Origin: Eledone cirrhosa
Lineage: Eukaryota
Assembly: GCA_964016885.1 (NCBI GenBank)
Contig: OZ024743.1
Coordinates: 355,136,001 to 355,200,000, forward strand
Direction: 5' to 3'
Length of the DNA stretch: 64,000 nt
Part shown: positions 23,278 to 35,686 of the stretch, one piece after another
Layout: the number at the start of each line of letters is the position of its first letter
Numbering within the stretch: the stretch's first letter is position 1
Position numbers and translations under genes: made by a program
Notes under the pieces: model-generated
Seen by the model: the letters and a program-made list of their open reading frames with translations, nothing else
Database searches by the model: none
What the model was told of the DNA's origin: nothing

Positions 23278-23336
23278 ATACAATTTCCTCCTATATATAT
23301 ATATATCTTTTTTCCCTATATATATATATATTTATA

Positions 23337-23404
<68 letters not shown>

Positions 23405-23424
23405 TATAAATATATATATATATA

Positions 23425-24351
23425 GGGAAAAAAGATGAAATCGAAAATGCATCTGGAGTCTTTTTTGAAAAAAAAAAAAAATTTATTTGTTTCCTTTACC
23501 GGTTTCGCAGTTCCTCTGCTTTTCAAAAGTAGAAGTGAGATGGAGGGTTTGTGGTTTTTCTCACATCTGGTTGGTCTTTGAATGTTACTTCTGTTTTATA
23601 TGGAAAAAAGTGTCTCAAAATGCCAGGTTTTTAGAGAAGTAATTTGGTTGGTGAATAAGTATAATAAATTTCGCGCCAGTTCGCGAATTTCATTTATAAT
23701 CAATCAAATTACATTTCAGCACGTCAGTCATACTCAGAACAACTCTCTTCATCCCTCTTTCTTGACCATTATCTTTTGTTTGGCACAGAATTCTCTAAAT
23801 GGCTATAAAAAAATTCCAAAATACGAGCACGAATTTCAATGTACTTGTTCACGTGACAGTCATAATTTAATTTATAACCAATCAAATTACATTTATAAAA
23901 AAAAAAAGCCTTCGTGAGCCACCTTTTTTTAAGTAAAAAGAAATTCAAACACAAACTGGCGCGAAAGCTGATGTGCTTATTCACGTGACTGCATCAACCA
24001 ACCAAACTTCACTCATATATGAAAAAACAACCTGAGCGCCCCCCCCCCTTTGCTTGAAGAACTTTGAAACGCGAACTGGCGCGAAATTTATTATACTTAT
24101 TCCCCAACCAACCAAATTACTTCTCCAAAAACCTGGCATTTCCACCCACTTTTTTTCCATATAAACAGAAGTAACATTCAAAGACCAACCAGATGTGAGA
24201 AAAACCACAAACCCTCCATCTCAATTCTACTTTTGCAAAGCAGAAGAACTGCGAAACCGGTAAGGAACCAAATAAATATATATTCTTTTGAGAAAAGACT
24301 CCAGTTGCTACTTTCACTCGTGTAGGACACCTCGGTTATTTTTCATTTTGT
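23425..24351. mobile_element. MITE/foldback-type DNA element with ~250-bp terminal inverted repeats
   Basis: 23447-23685 is inverted relative to 24070-24308; non-coding centre; embedded in (TA)n. Confidence 0.75.
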
Positions 24352-24392
24352 AAAAAAACCTTCACTTTCTAATATATATATGTATATGTATG

Positions 24393-24541
<149 letters not shown>

Positions 24542-25031
24542 CTCTATATTCACAACATAAATAAAAGTTGCAGATGTAGAATAGAATGTATATACCTATA
24601 TATCAGAACATGTATTATGATTTATTATTAACACTATAACATACTCACATACATAGACCCATAAACACATTCACAAGTAATTTCAATGACCACAAATCTT
24701 AAATACATAAACAGATATGAATGCTCGTATATAATCCAGATTTTCATATAAGTACAGACCCACCTGTATGTATAATATGCATATATTAATAGATCAATTG
24801 CACGCTGAAATATCACATATTAATATTTAGGAGAAAATCAAACTAAATATTATTTTATATTTATACCTATGTATTTATGTTCTGATTTTATTTTTAAACA
24901 TTCTTACCAATAGAAATGAACCCTTGAACACAGAAGCAAGTTGCTTTGATTTTATTTGACTTTTGACAATAAACTAGGTAGATGTGTACGTATCTGCATA
25001 CACATCTATATGTATTTGTCAACATTGTTTA

Positions 25032-25142
<111 letters not shown>

Positions 25143-25267
25143 CATACATACCTTTTAGTTATTATGTATTTTCCACACTTTTCGTAGAGTTTATGTTGCT
25201 CTAATAGTTTTCTACCACTCGTAATGGAAAACATACCCTTTCTGTGTTTTCTTCTCTATATACTGTA

Positions 25268-25832
25268 CTAGCAGATGTACCCGGCGTTGCTCGGGAAATG
25301 AATGACAGCCTGTTTGTCCGTATAAAGAGAACCAAAGGTTGAGTAAAGAATTGAAATGTAATTGTAAAAAATGTTTAACAAAATGGGTGTACAGTGACAT
25401 GATTGAGTGAAATAAACGGCAACATAAAAACAATTCATGGGGTAGCTTGAGTTAATTGACGTGAATGATTTCAGGTCCGGCCTTGCTGTAGTAGGTATGA
25501 GTAAGGGGATAAAGATGGAATAGACGCACCGTATGTCCTTCAGTAGACTAAACCCTATGCGTAAGATGGCGGTGCCACTACCACGTTGACCATCAACTGG
25601 ACATAGAAATATCATTTGTACACAGACAGATACACACACAAAATCGATTTTCGGTCCCAATATCGATGTTTTTCAAATTTGTTTTTGTCCAAAACCTGCT
25701 CTGGCATATAAGCAACATGTGTGCCAGATTTGGTTGAAATCGGCCTAGTACTTCAAAAGTTAAAAGGAGCCTGGTATTTGTATACATACAGACAGACACA
25801 CACACAGACCGACTTGCTTTTATATATATAGA
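25268..25832 (-). mobile_element. Non-autonomous Helitron
   Basis: Minus strand begins A|TCTATATATATAAAAG and ends with hairpin CCCGAGCAACGCCGGG then CTAG|T; inserted between A and T, no TSD. Confidence 0.85.
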
Positions 25833-25914
25833 TTATGAAGAGGTCGGTCCTTATTCCTTGAGCTCATTAAATTACAGGGATTAACGCGAGTCTTTAACTC
25901 AGGTTAGTCATTTG

Positions 25915-25948
<34 letters not shown>

Positions 25949-26039
25949 ATGTGTGTGTGTGTGTGTGTGTGCGTGTGTGTGTGTGCACATATAAATATGC
26001 TTGTAAATCTGTATATGTATAAACGTACATTTTACAGAT

Positions 26040-26620
26040 AAATCTTTAAAGTTTCAGTCGTGGTTCTTAATTGCAATTTTATAATATCTTCTCTTATTGG
26101 TTCTATCAATTTAATTACTCAGGATTACTGCTGAGACAGTTAGTTATACAACCAAGCGCCCCCAAAACATAGGCATAAATTTTACGGAATACTTGAGATA
26201 TAGTATCTGCAGATTTCTCATCCGTTCGCCATAAATGTTTTCTGTTTCATTCATTTTTAACACTATTCAGGTATGCTAAAAAGGTCTACAGAACTTTCCA
26301 CAGGAATGGTCAAACAGTATTCTTTCATATATAATCTTCACGTATATAACTTGTTATGCTTAATAACTACTTCGAGAACTTCTTTTCTATCAATTGCATT
26401 GTGTAGTTCTTTGGTCAATGCATCATTCCTCACAGGTAAATAATATCGTAATATCTTCGGACAATTAATTATAGTGTAAGTCACATAACGGGTGTTAATA
26501 TCAGCACGGCTTGTCCTATCTTGGTATTCTCCCAAATCTCTAATTATTTTCTTAAATCAAATATGTTATTGCTATTTGATTGTTAAAGAACAACCTTCAA
26601 TCTATTATAAAAGACATATT
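26040..26620 (-). mobile_element. Old fragment of the second R4-like LINE family (zinc knuckle/RLE region)
   Basis: CPKILRYYLPVRNDALTKELHNAI resembles CPKMSSRYYLPMRHDVVAKILYNAV in ORF 40345-41121. Confidence 0.6.
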
Positions 26621-26771
26621 TTTCCAAATAGATTATTCTAGTTATATGTATAATTGTCACTCAGGTGCTTTCTGAAAATATAAAGATGCATGTATTTCAG
26701 CTATGCGGAAAGCCTTTCGTTTGATGTATTTTGCGTATAAATTCGTGCAATTTTACCATTGTATTTTTATA

Positions 26772-26929
26772 TTGTATTTCCCGGCGTCGAAGACGCTACT
26801 TTTTTCGTAAAATAAGTCTCAAAAATCTACCCTATGTCCTGAAGGCCGAAGGTTGTTTATTATTTTTTTCAAAATTTTTGTTTGTCAAAATTAGGGTGCG
26901 CACTCGATGAAGGTACTTGAAATACAGTA
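26772..26929. mobile_element. Possible pogo/Tc2-like MITE remnant
   Basis: TGTATTTC...GAAATACAGTA short inverted ends. Confidence 0.3.
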
Positions 26930-27334
26930 TAGATATTATGTAACTTCACTATGTGTGTAACCTAGAGTCATTGGTCAGAGAATTCTTTGTGAGGGTATCC
27001 TTTTGAACTCTCATGATATTATTCTTGGCAGTATCCTATTGTTTTCATCGGGGTATAATATACCCTGGTTCCGAGTTCCTTGTTGTAGCGGTCATGTTAT
27101 GAATCATGTACAGGATTTAATTTAAAATGTCTAACCAATAGAGACAGAGCTGGATTCTAACCCCAATTCCATTCATTGGAATTTAGATAACATTACAAAT
27201 GTATGTATGTATTTGCTCAGCTATGTATGAGCGAGTGCATGAATTTCACAGCGTGCGTATGAATCTGCATGTTTTTGGCTTATGCATGTTTATATATGTA
27301 TGTATGTATGGATGGATGGTTGGGTGGATGGATG

Positions 27335-27546
27335 TTCAAAGAGAACCAGTGAAATATGATCTCCACGGTATTGTGAAGATTCACAGGCAACCTGATGCAA
27401 GACCTGGGGACAGGGAGATCCATAGTTGTCGTCAACGTGCGAAGGAGTGCAAGTCTCTAGTAGGCTTGAAAAGCTATATCCGAGCGTCTCACATCTGAAT
27501 CTGACAGGCGATTGCAATAATCTTAGCAGAGTTTGCAGCCTTCATG
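27335..27546 (+). mobile_element. RTE LINE 3' end (type B tail donor)
   Basis: Decayed C2H2 CRQRAKECKSLVGLKSYIRASH*, then the type B tail and (TATG)n. Confidence 0.75.
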
Positions 27547-27631
27547 CATCTATGCATGCATGTATGTATGTATGTATGTATGTATGTATGTATGTATGTA
27601 TGTATGTATGTATGTATGTATGTATGCTATG

Positions 27632-29144
27632 TCAGGTCACCAGTTGGTGCTACTGGTAACATGTATCCCAGTACAACCTGTCTCATGGTCGGGTCGTTGG
27701 CGACTAAACTGGCAACCCCACCAAGGTTTCTTGGTGAGGAGGGTGACTTTGGACATCCTGCAGGACTAAAAACAAAACCCGTCAAAGGGCAAAGGAACTC
27801 TTAAGTGTCAATGGCCATCCAAAATCACCGGGAGAGATGATCCCTTAGCCTTTGTCAAGGCAGAATTCTAGGAGAAGGAAAACTCTGATATAACACCTGC
27901 AACCCTGATGGTATCCAATGATGTTGACTTGTTCTTCTTTTTTGTAAATATAATCTTGGTTAAGATTTGAGACTGGCTTTGTGCAGTGCCTTTGCTCACT
28001 ATAAAAGCTTCACAGCACAGGCATTTCTTTATATCTGGAGATCTCTCTGCACATGTCATCACATGGTACCGTGGGTCCAGCATTATGTGTCAATAATTGT
28101 CACAAGTGTAGTGTTTGTACCAGAGTTTTCAAGTCGCTGGCTGGACTAAAACGTCACACTTGTTCAGCGCATCCGTAGGGTTCTCCTACATGGATATAAA
28201 GTAGTGGCCGTACTCGAAAACGCGTTAGCGGCCACCATGTATGTATGTATTGCTTTATATCTGGAGATCACTCTGCACTTGTTGTCACATGGTACCGTGG
28301 GCCCAGCACTATGTGTCAATAATTGTCACAAGTGTAGTGTTTGTACCAGAGTTTTCAAGTAGCTGGCTGGACTCAAAATCACACTCGTTCAGCGCATCGG
28401 TAGGGGTTCTACATGGATATAAAGTAGTGGCCGTACTCGAAAATGAGTTGGCAGCCACCATGTATGTATGTATGTATGTATGTATGTATGTATGTATGTA
28501 TGTATGTATGTATGTATGTATGTATGTATGTATGTATGTATCACCAGTTGGTGCTGCTGGTAACATGTATCCCAGTACAACCTGTCTCATGGTCGGGTCG
28601 TTGGCGACTAAACTGGCAACCCCACCAAGGTTTCTTGGTGAGGAGGGTGACATTGGACATCCTGCAGGACAAAAAACAAAACCTGTCAAAGGGCAAAGGA
28701 GCTCTTAAGAGTGAATGGCCATCAAAAATAACCGGGAGAGATGACCCCTTAGCCTTTGTCAAGGCAGAATTCTAGGAGAAGGAAAACCCTGATATAACAC
28801 CTGCAACCCTGATGGTATCCAATGATGTTGACTTGTTCTTCTTTTTGATAAATATCATCTTGGTCAAGAGAGTGGGACTGGCTTTGTGCAGAGCCTTTGC
28901 TCACTATAAAAGCTTCACGGCACATGGATTTCTTTATATCTGGAGATCTCTCTGCACTAGTCGTCACATGGTACCATGGGCCTAGCACTATGTGCAATAA
29001 TTGTCACAAGTGTAGTGTTTGTACCAGAGTTTTCAAGTCGCTGGCTGTACTAAAAAGACACACTCATTCAGCGCATTGGTAGGGGTTCTCCTACATGGAT
29101 ATAAAGCAGTGGCCGTACTCGAAAACGAGTTGGCACCCACCATG
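27632..29144 (+). mobile_element. Tandem type A RTE-derived elements (27632-28239 full, 28249-28462 5'-truncated, 28541-29144 full) separated by (TATG)n
   Basis: Mutual similarity; each ends ..CACCATG followed by TATG repeats. Confidence 0.92.
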
Positions 29145-29154
29145 TATGTATGTG

Positions 29155-29487
29155 ATGCCTTCTCCTAGAAGAATGGCCTGACAAGGGCTAGGGGTTCGTC
29201 ACTCCCAGTGGTTTAACTGCGCGATAGGGTATCCAGCCCGACTATTTCTACGTCCCCGCGCATAAAAAAAAAATGGTTAACTCCGACAAAAAAACCTACG
29301 GCTCAGTAGTTACCGATGATGTTGATCTTTTCTTCTTTTCGGGTTATAGCTACTCTCGCTCAGAGAGTGGGATTGGCTCAGTACACAGTCTTTCCTCACT
29401 TTAAAAATATTCTTCACGCACAGGCATTGCACGATTGCATGAATTAATAATTATTAATATTTTAATATTAGTATTATTATTATTATT
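29155..29487 (+). mobile_element. Type C element body with an inverted 5' segment; interrupted at its internal (ATT)n
   Basis: 29155-29223 is the reverse complement of 21747-21813; 29277-29460 matches 21830-22005 directly. Confidence 0.8.
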
Positions 29488-32400
29488 ACAGTTGCATTTA
29501 TCTTGCTTTATGTTTATACGAGTTATCACCAAGTCACATCCAGTGACATCAAGAGACAACAAGGTCCGCCATGTTCAAGATAGAACATACATACACACAC
29601 ATACATCTTTAGGTGTTTAGACTTGTGATGTACTTATATTGACAGAATCTTCCTTAGTATATGGGCAGTTCCAATTAGTACTATCTTTCGTTTTTCTCCT
29701 ATACGCGGGTTTCCTGGAATTTGCGATAAGTAATCATTAGACCCCTTAGGTATCATTCCCAGAGTGCCTACAATCACTGCTATTGTTTCCACCTTTTTCC
29801 AATTTCTATCTCCAGGTCCTTATACTTGCTCAATTTTTCAAATGTTTATACATTCTTGTCTATTGGAACGGACATATCAATTAGCAGGCATACCCTCTTT
29901 TTAAAGTCATTCAGTATTATATCAAGTCTATTTGCATATATTTTTCAGTCTGTTTGGATGCTAAAGTTCCACAAGATTGAGATGTGATCTTTTTCAAGTA
30001 TGGGAGGTGGTTGATGCTCCCACCAATTCTTTTGATGGGGCAGGTCAAAATGCTTATACATTATCCAATGTATGTATTGTGCAGCTCTGTCGTGCCTGTT
30101 TAGGTATTCGGTTGGAGCTATAGGACTGCACATTGAAATTATATGATCAATGGTCTCTGGTTGGTTTTTACATACACGACATAATGGGCTGCATCCATTT
30201 TTTATTATGTTGGCTTGGTAATTTTTTGTTGGCAGACACTGATCTTGTGCTGATATAATTAGTCCTTCAGTCCTTCAGTCTCCGATTTCAGTCCAGAGGA
30301 TGCCAACCACTGATGGGTTAAAGTTTTGTCAACATCAGGATTGTTAGCTCGTTCTGGGTATTTTCCATACAGAGGCTTTTCTTGCCATTTCTTAGCCATT
30401 TCTGTAGCAGTTCTTTCTTTGCAGTTACTTTTACCTCCTTTGCTTTTTCTGTGTTTTCCATTTCAGCAGTAAATGGGACTTCTGAAATTTGTAGTCCATT
30501 ACTGTATCTTTGTGCATCTTTTGTAATGGAGTATGATCTTTTGATGCTTTCGTGTTTCAAAACGAGTTTGATCATCCAATCATGTGATTCCCTTAGATAT
30601 ATAGATAATCCAATTGTTGCAGTTTTCAACGCAATGTCTAACTGGATTAACCCACATCCTCCTCTTTCCTAGGGAGATATATTCTATCTATATCTGCCTT
30701 AGGGTGATGCATTCTGTGCTTGGTTAAGAATTCTCTAATTTTTGTATCGAGCCTACGGATCTCTGTGCTTGACCAGTTGATGACATTGTAACTGTAGGTT
30801 ACTACTGGTATGGCAAGCGTTTTTATGGCATCGATCCAATTCCTTGCATTCAATTCCTTTCTTAAGATTGCTCTTACTCTGCGGTAACATTGTTTCCTTA
30901 TCCTTTCCCTCATTGTCGAGTGCTTGATTCCGTCTCCTTCACAAACACCTAGATATTTGTAAGTTTCCCCTTGATCAAGTTCTCTTATCACATTCCCCCA
31001 ATCAAGATTAATGTCTGAACTTTTCAGCAGCTTTCCTCTGGTGAACGTTGCTTTGGCGCATTTATCTAGTCCAAACTCCATTTTAATGTCATCACTGAAC
31101 TGCTCCACAGTGGATAATAGCCCTTGCAATTGTTCATCATTTTTTGCAAATAGTTTCAGGTCATCCATGTAGAACAAGTGATTAATGGTTTTGTCATAGA
31201 CTTTATTTCCATGTTTTGTTTCATTGAGCATTTTACTTAATGGTATAAGTGCGATGCAGAATAAAAGCGGTGATAAAGAGTCACCCTGAAAAATTCCACA
31301 ATTAATATTAACTTCTCCAGCTTCCAGTGATTTTTTTTATTATTATTCAAAAGGAGTGGCATTTTTCCATGTCTTCATACTGAATGACAGGAACCTCCTG
31401 ACAGCGGGAGATAATTTGAAAATCTGTAAACATTTTTCAATCCAACTGTGTGGCAAACTATCGAATGCTTTTTTATAATCTATCCAAGCAATTGATAGAT
31501 TTTTGTGTCTATTATGACAATCTTCCAGTATCATTTTGTTAACCAAAAGCTGATCCTTACAGCCATATGAGCCTCGTTTACACTCTTTCTGCTCATTGGG
31601 AAATAGATCATTTGTTATCAGGTAGTCATATGTATATTCAGTTAGGGCTGATGTTAAATTGTATACATTGTGGTCAAGCAAGTTATCGGTCTGTAATTTA
31701 TGGGATTGTTTGTCTCATCATTCTTCGGAAGCAGGAATCTAATGCCGTTAACTAGCCATGATGGTATATTTTATGGCTCCTTAACTATTTCATTGTAAAG
31801 TTGGGCTAATAGCTCATGAGACCCTGTGAAGGGATTTATCCAAAAATTTGGTATTTTGTCTTTTCCTGGGGATTTCCATTTGCTGGTTTTTCTAAGAGCC
31901 AAACGTAACTGTTCAACTGTTATATTTTCCATATGTGTTCCTCAAGGTGAGCTGTATCTTTTATTTGTCTGTCTATCCATGGGGCATGTATATTATGAAC
32001 TTTTTCTTCGGCCCAGATCTTTTCCCAGAATTCTTGCACTTCCTCCTTGGGTGGTATTGATTTAGCAGTGATTGTTGACTTGTCAATTCTTCTGTAGAAG
32101 TTTCTTTGGTCATTTTTTAACATATTATTGTCCTTATAGAATCTAGATCGTTTTTCAAAGCGCCTTATACGAGCAGCTTTGGCCGACACTTTTTGCTTGA
32201 TTATTTCTATCAGCATGTCTATGTCACTTGTTGATTTTATACAGTATTTTCTTTTCAATTTTCTAAGTTTAGTTTGTTAAACATGTTCACCTACTTTGTA
32301 GTTTGTTAACATTTCTATGTCAGATCGGAGAAGGTTTATTTGGCGATTGCTGTTGTCTTGCCAAGTAGATTTCTTGTGGGAATTCCTTTGTTTTTTCATT

Positions 32401-33507
32401 TTCACTCCACATAAGTGAGTGGTGACTTTAGCCGATGCATAATAGTGATGATTTAAATCAGTAATGTTTAGTTTGTTTGTGATGATAATGTTTTTGAGAA
32501 TTATGTTAGTCTTGTGTATTACTTTTGGTTCTGTTTGGAGTTCTGGATCTTAGGGAGAGTGTCTCGTTCCCCCCATGTCAGATTCTTTCATTTTCATCCA
32601 TTCGATCATAATTACATCCTTCAAGTTGGCAAGTTCATTCTCATTCATTTCTTTATCATTTACGATCTCATTGTTTTCATTTGAGTTTCATCTTGGGCAT
32701 GCACTCCCTCCACTTTTTCGATCCTTTCTTTAATTTGTTCTGTTGTCAGTGATTCCGCCCCAACCCTGGAATTTGAAGTGTTACAATTTACCTCGTTTTC
32801 ACTGACACATGTTTCATTTTCACTTCGCTGACTTTGTGCTAATAGCTTGATCTGATCAATTTCTATATCAGTTAGTAACTTTTTTTAACAATATTTCTTA
32901 GTATATTGGCTAGTTTGTTACTGTCAATATAGCCTCTGTTTCCGGGATGTTTCTTTTTAAGGTTGATATATGTCTGTTCTGTATTCGATCTATTTGATGG
33001 GTAGTACATGGCAGTGTAGAAAGCCTCAAGGACTTCTTTATTGTCTTCCCTTGACCATTTTTCTTTCTCTTTCTTTGGATTTCTTAGTGGTGAGCATGGA
33101 AGGCCAGCTGTATGTGTATTCCGGTTATGGGAGGTCTCCAGCTCCGAAGTGATGGGAAGGTTTGAACCATTAGCTGATTTTTCGACCCCAGTCTTGTTCC
33201 TCTCTGAGGGCTGCGACCCTTTTGATCCGGGTGACGACCGATCCGGTATGAGATTTTATCATTTGACACTTACTTTATTTTGTCGCGTTTTATCCTTAAC
33301 CGCCAAGGGGTAATCATTTCGTGTTACCACTTCTAGGACGTGTGTCAACCAAGACTAGACGGGTCGTCCTCCCCTAGAGACACGGCTATTCCCCGCCGTT
33401 GCCATCACGGTATTTCTGGGTCACGGGGTTTTATTTTTTGTTGTTTTTTAAATTGTTATTATCATGAGTGGTTCCTTAATGTGAGCATTGCGTGGCTTAA
33501 GAATGAA
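29488..33507 (-). mobile_element. R4/Dong-clade RLE retrotransposon, copy 2 (near full length, frameshifted), in (TAA)n
   Basis: RT YMDDLKLFA; C-terminal CRMC..HIISMC..RHD and a PD-(D/E)xK-like RLE region; 3' end runs into (TAA)n and the 5' flank is also TAA-rich. Confidence 0.93.
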
Positions 33508-33671
33508 ATTATTATTAATAATATAATATATTTTGAAGTTGCCTGTTATTGTTGTTGGCTATGTCGGTGGTGGTGCTGGGGCTTTTTATTTTGTTGGTGG
33601 GGATAGGAAAACCAGCAGTGCCACAGTAGTTGACGTTTGACCGGGTCACTAAGTCAGTCTAGTTATATCTT

Positions 33672-35686
33672 TTGCTAGCCTCTCCCTTGTCTAGTGATTC
33701 CGCCACTTTCCCCTTTCTTAAGTTAACAGAAGGTAGTGGGGGAATAGTGGTGGTAGCACTAACAAATATTTCTAACACAAACAACACCAACAATAACACC
33801 AACAACAACACCAACAATAAAAACAGCAACAACAAAAATAACAGCGGTAAAGTCGAGAACGACAATAACAAAAATAACAGCGGTAGTGTTGACAACGACA
33901 ATAACAATGACAATAACAACAGCCACAACAACAATAATTGTAGGAACAGTATCAACAAAAACAACAATAATAACAACAGCCACAATAACAGTAACAACAG
34001 CAACAGTATCAAAGAAAACAACAACAACAACACCAACAACTGTACCAACGAAAACAACAGCAATGACACCGATACCTGTAATAGCGATCTCAGCACCACC
34101 AGTAAGACCAGTAGCGGCAGCAATAGTGGTGCTGCTGAAAAAGGGACCACTTCTTTTGCAGGTGTCGCCCGAAATATCGAGACAGTGTTAGTCACAGAGG
34201 AGGAGATGGCAGTCGCAAGGGCCATGGTGACAAGAATCGCAAATAGAGTTTGCCTAAAACCTCCACCCGATTTTTTCAAGGACCAGCAGCTACGAACGGT
34301 GACTTACCGCACCGTAAGCAAATTCTCACATCGAGTGGAGAGAGCCACAAAGGCTCAAATCCAAAAGGCCTTGGGGTGCGTCTGGGCACGCAAAACTCAC
34401 ATCACCCGAGGCAGAAAGTACGCCACAGTAGACGTACTTTTCGCCACCACCCAGGAAGCAAAGTCTCACACTTTGGAAACCCTAAAGAGTGAGGAGATAG
34501 TCTTGGTGCCCTCCTACTGCGGTCAGAAAATTGTGAGGGTCAAAGTGACCCAGGTCCCACCCGACGTGCCCGTACCTTGGCTGGCCGCGTCAGTCCTTGC
34601 TGGAATCGAGAACAGGACGACCATGCTGCAAGTAGAAACAATAGGGAAAGAGAACTGGTCAGGTATAGGCATGCAAATGCTTATACAAACTGACCAGGAA
34701 TGTATCGACGCTATCCCCGATATAATAGACATCGAGGAAGGGCTCCAACTGCCTATAAGTGTAGAAGGAAGACGGCCAAAATGTTATCTCTGTGGGTCGA
34801 AGGGTCACCTCAGGGCCTTTTGCCCGCAGAAGACAGCAAAGAAGGCCCCTCTCCTTCCAATACCTGGTCCGCTGCTACCAAGAGCAGGGCAGGCAACAAA
34901 CGAAGAAGCCCCTTCCACGGTGAGTAGGATGGCAACGTCCGTAGCTCCCGTACCAAGGCCACGGACAATTAAGCAGCAGCATCAGTGGCGGCAACACCAA
35001 TAGCTACATTTGAAGTAGCTACACGAGCAACAAAATTGTCGAAGAGGGCTCCACTACCACCACCAACAGCCGTGGGGCACATACCGCTCCCAGACGCCAC
35101 AGAATCCGACATAGAGTTTGAGGCGGGAGTGAAGTGGCAAACGGTCTGCCACAAAAAAGAAAAAAAGAAAAAAACCCTTAGATTCACCCTCCAAAAGCGA
35201 AGGCACACAAAGAGGGGTAAAGGCAGCAAGGAAGCTTGCAGCAACACCACCACCATCACTACCACAAGCACCACTGACAACAACCACACCACCACCAGCA
35301 TCACCAAAAACACCAACAACGCAAACACAACAAAACACACACACCAAACAGCAACAAGAAGAAAACAGCAACAAAATCACCCTTCCCCCCAAAAAGTACA
35401 CAGCCATAAACATGTGAAAAAAGAACTCATACAATATATAAAGCAGCACACAGACATCACAGAAAAAAACTACTACACCCCACCAAGAACTCTCCCGACA
35501 AACATAAGCATCATCGAAATCTTAATAGAACAGTACAAACCATTAAAACAAAAATTCCCAAACGTAGTTGGAGACTTCAGAGGGTCAGTTACCAAGAGGA
35601 TATACACTAACATCCTCTTGGAAACCCTCATAACCAGTCAAATGGACGGACGGTTCTACTGTCCCTTCACCACACGATCAAGGTAA
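33672..35686 (+). pseudogene. Tx1 ORF1 (gag-like): Asn-rich N-terminus, CCHC zinc knuckle; frameshift near 34990
   Basis: ORF 33672-35003 contains VEGRRPKCYLCGSKGHLRAFC and continues in 34985-35686; true start uncertain. Confidence 0.85.

Noticed and set aside
33659-34279. 206-aa Leu-rich minus-strand membrane-like ORF
   Set aside because: Antisense shadow of the (AAC)n tract in Tx1 ORF1.
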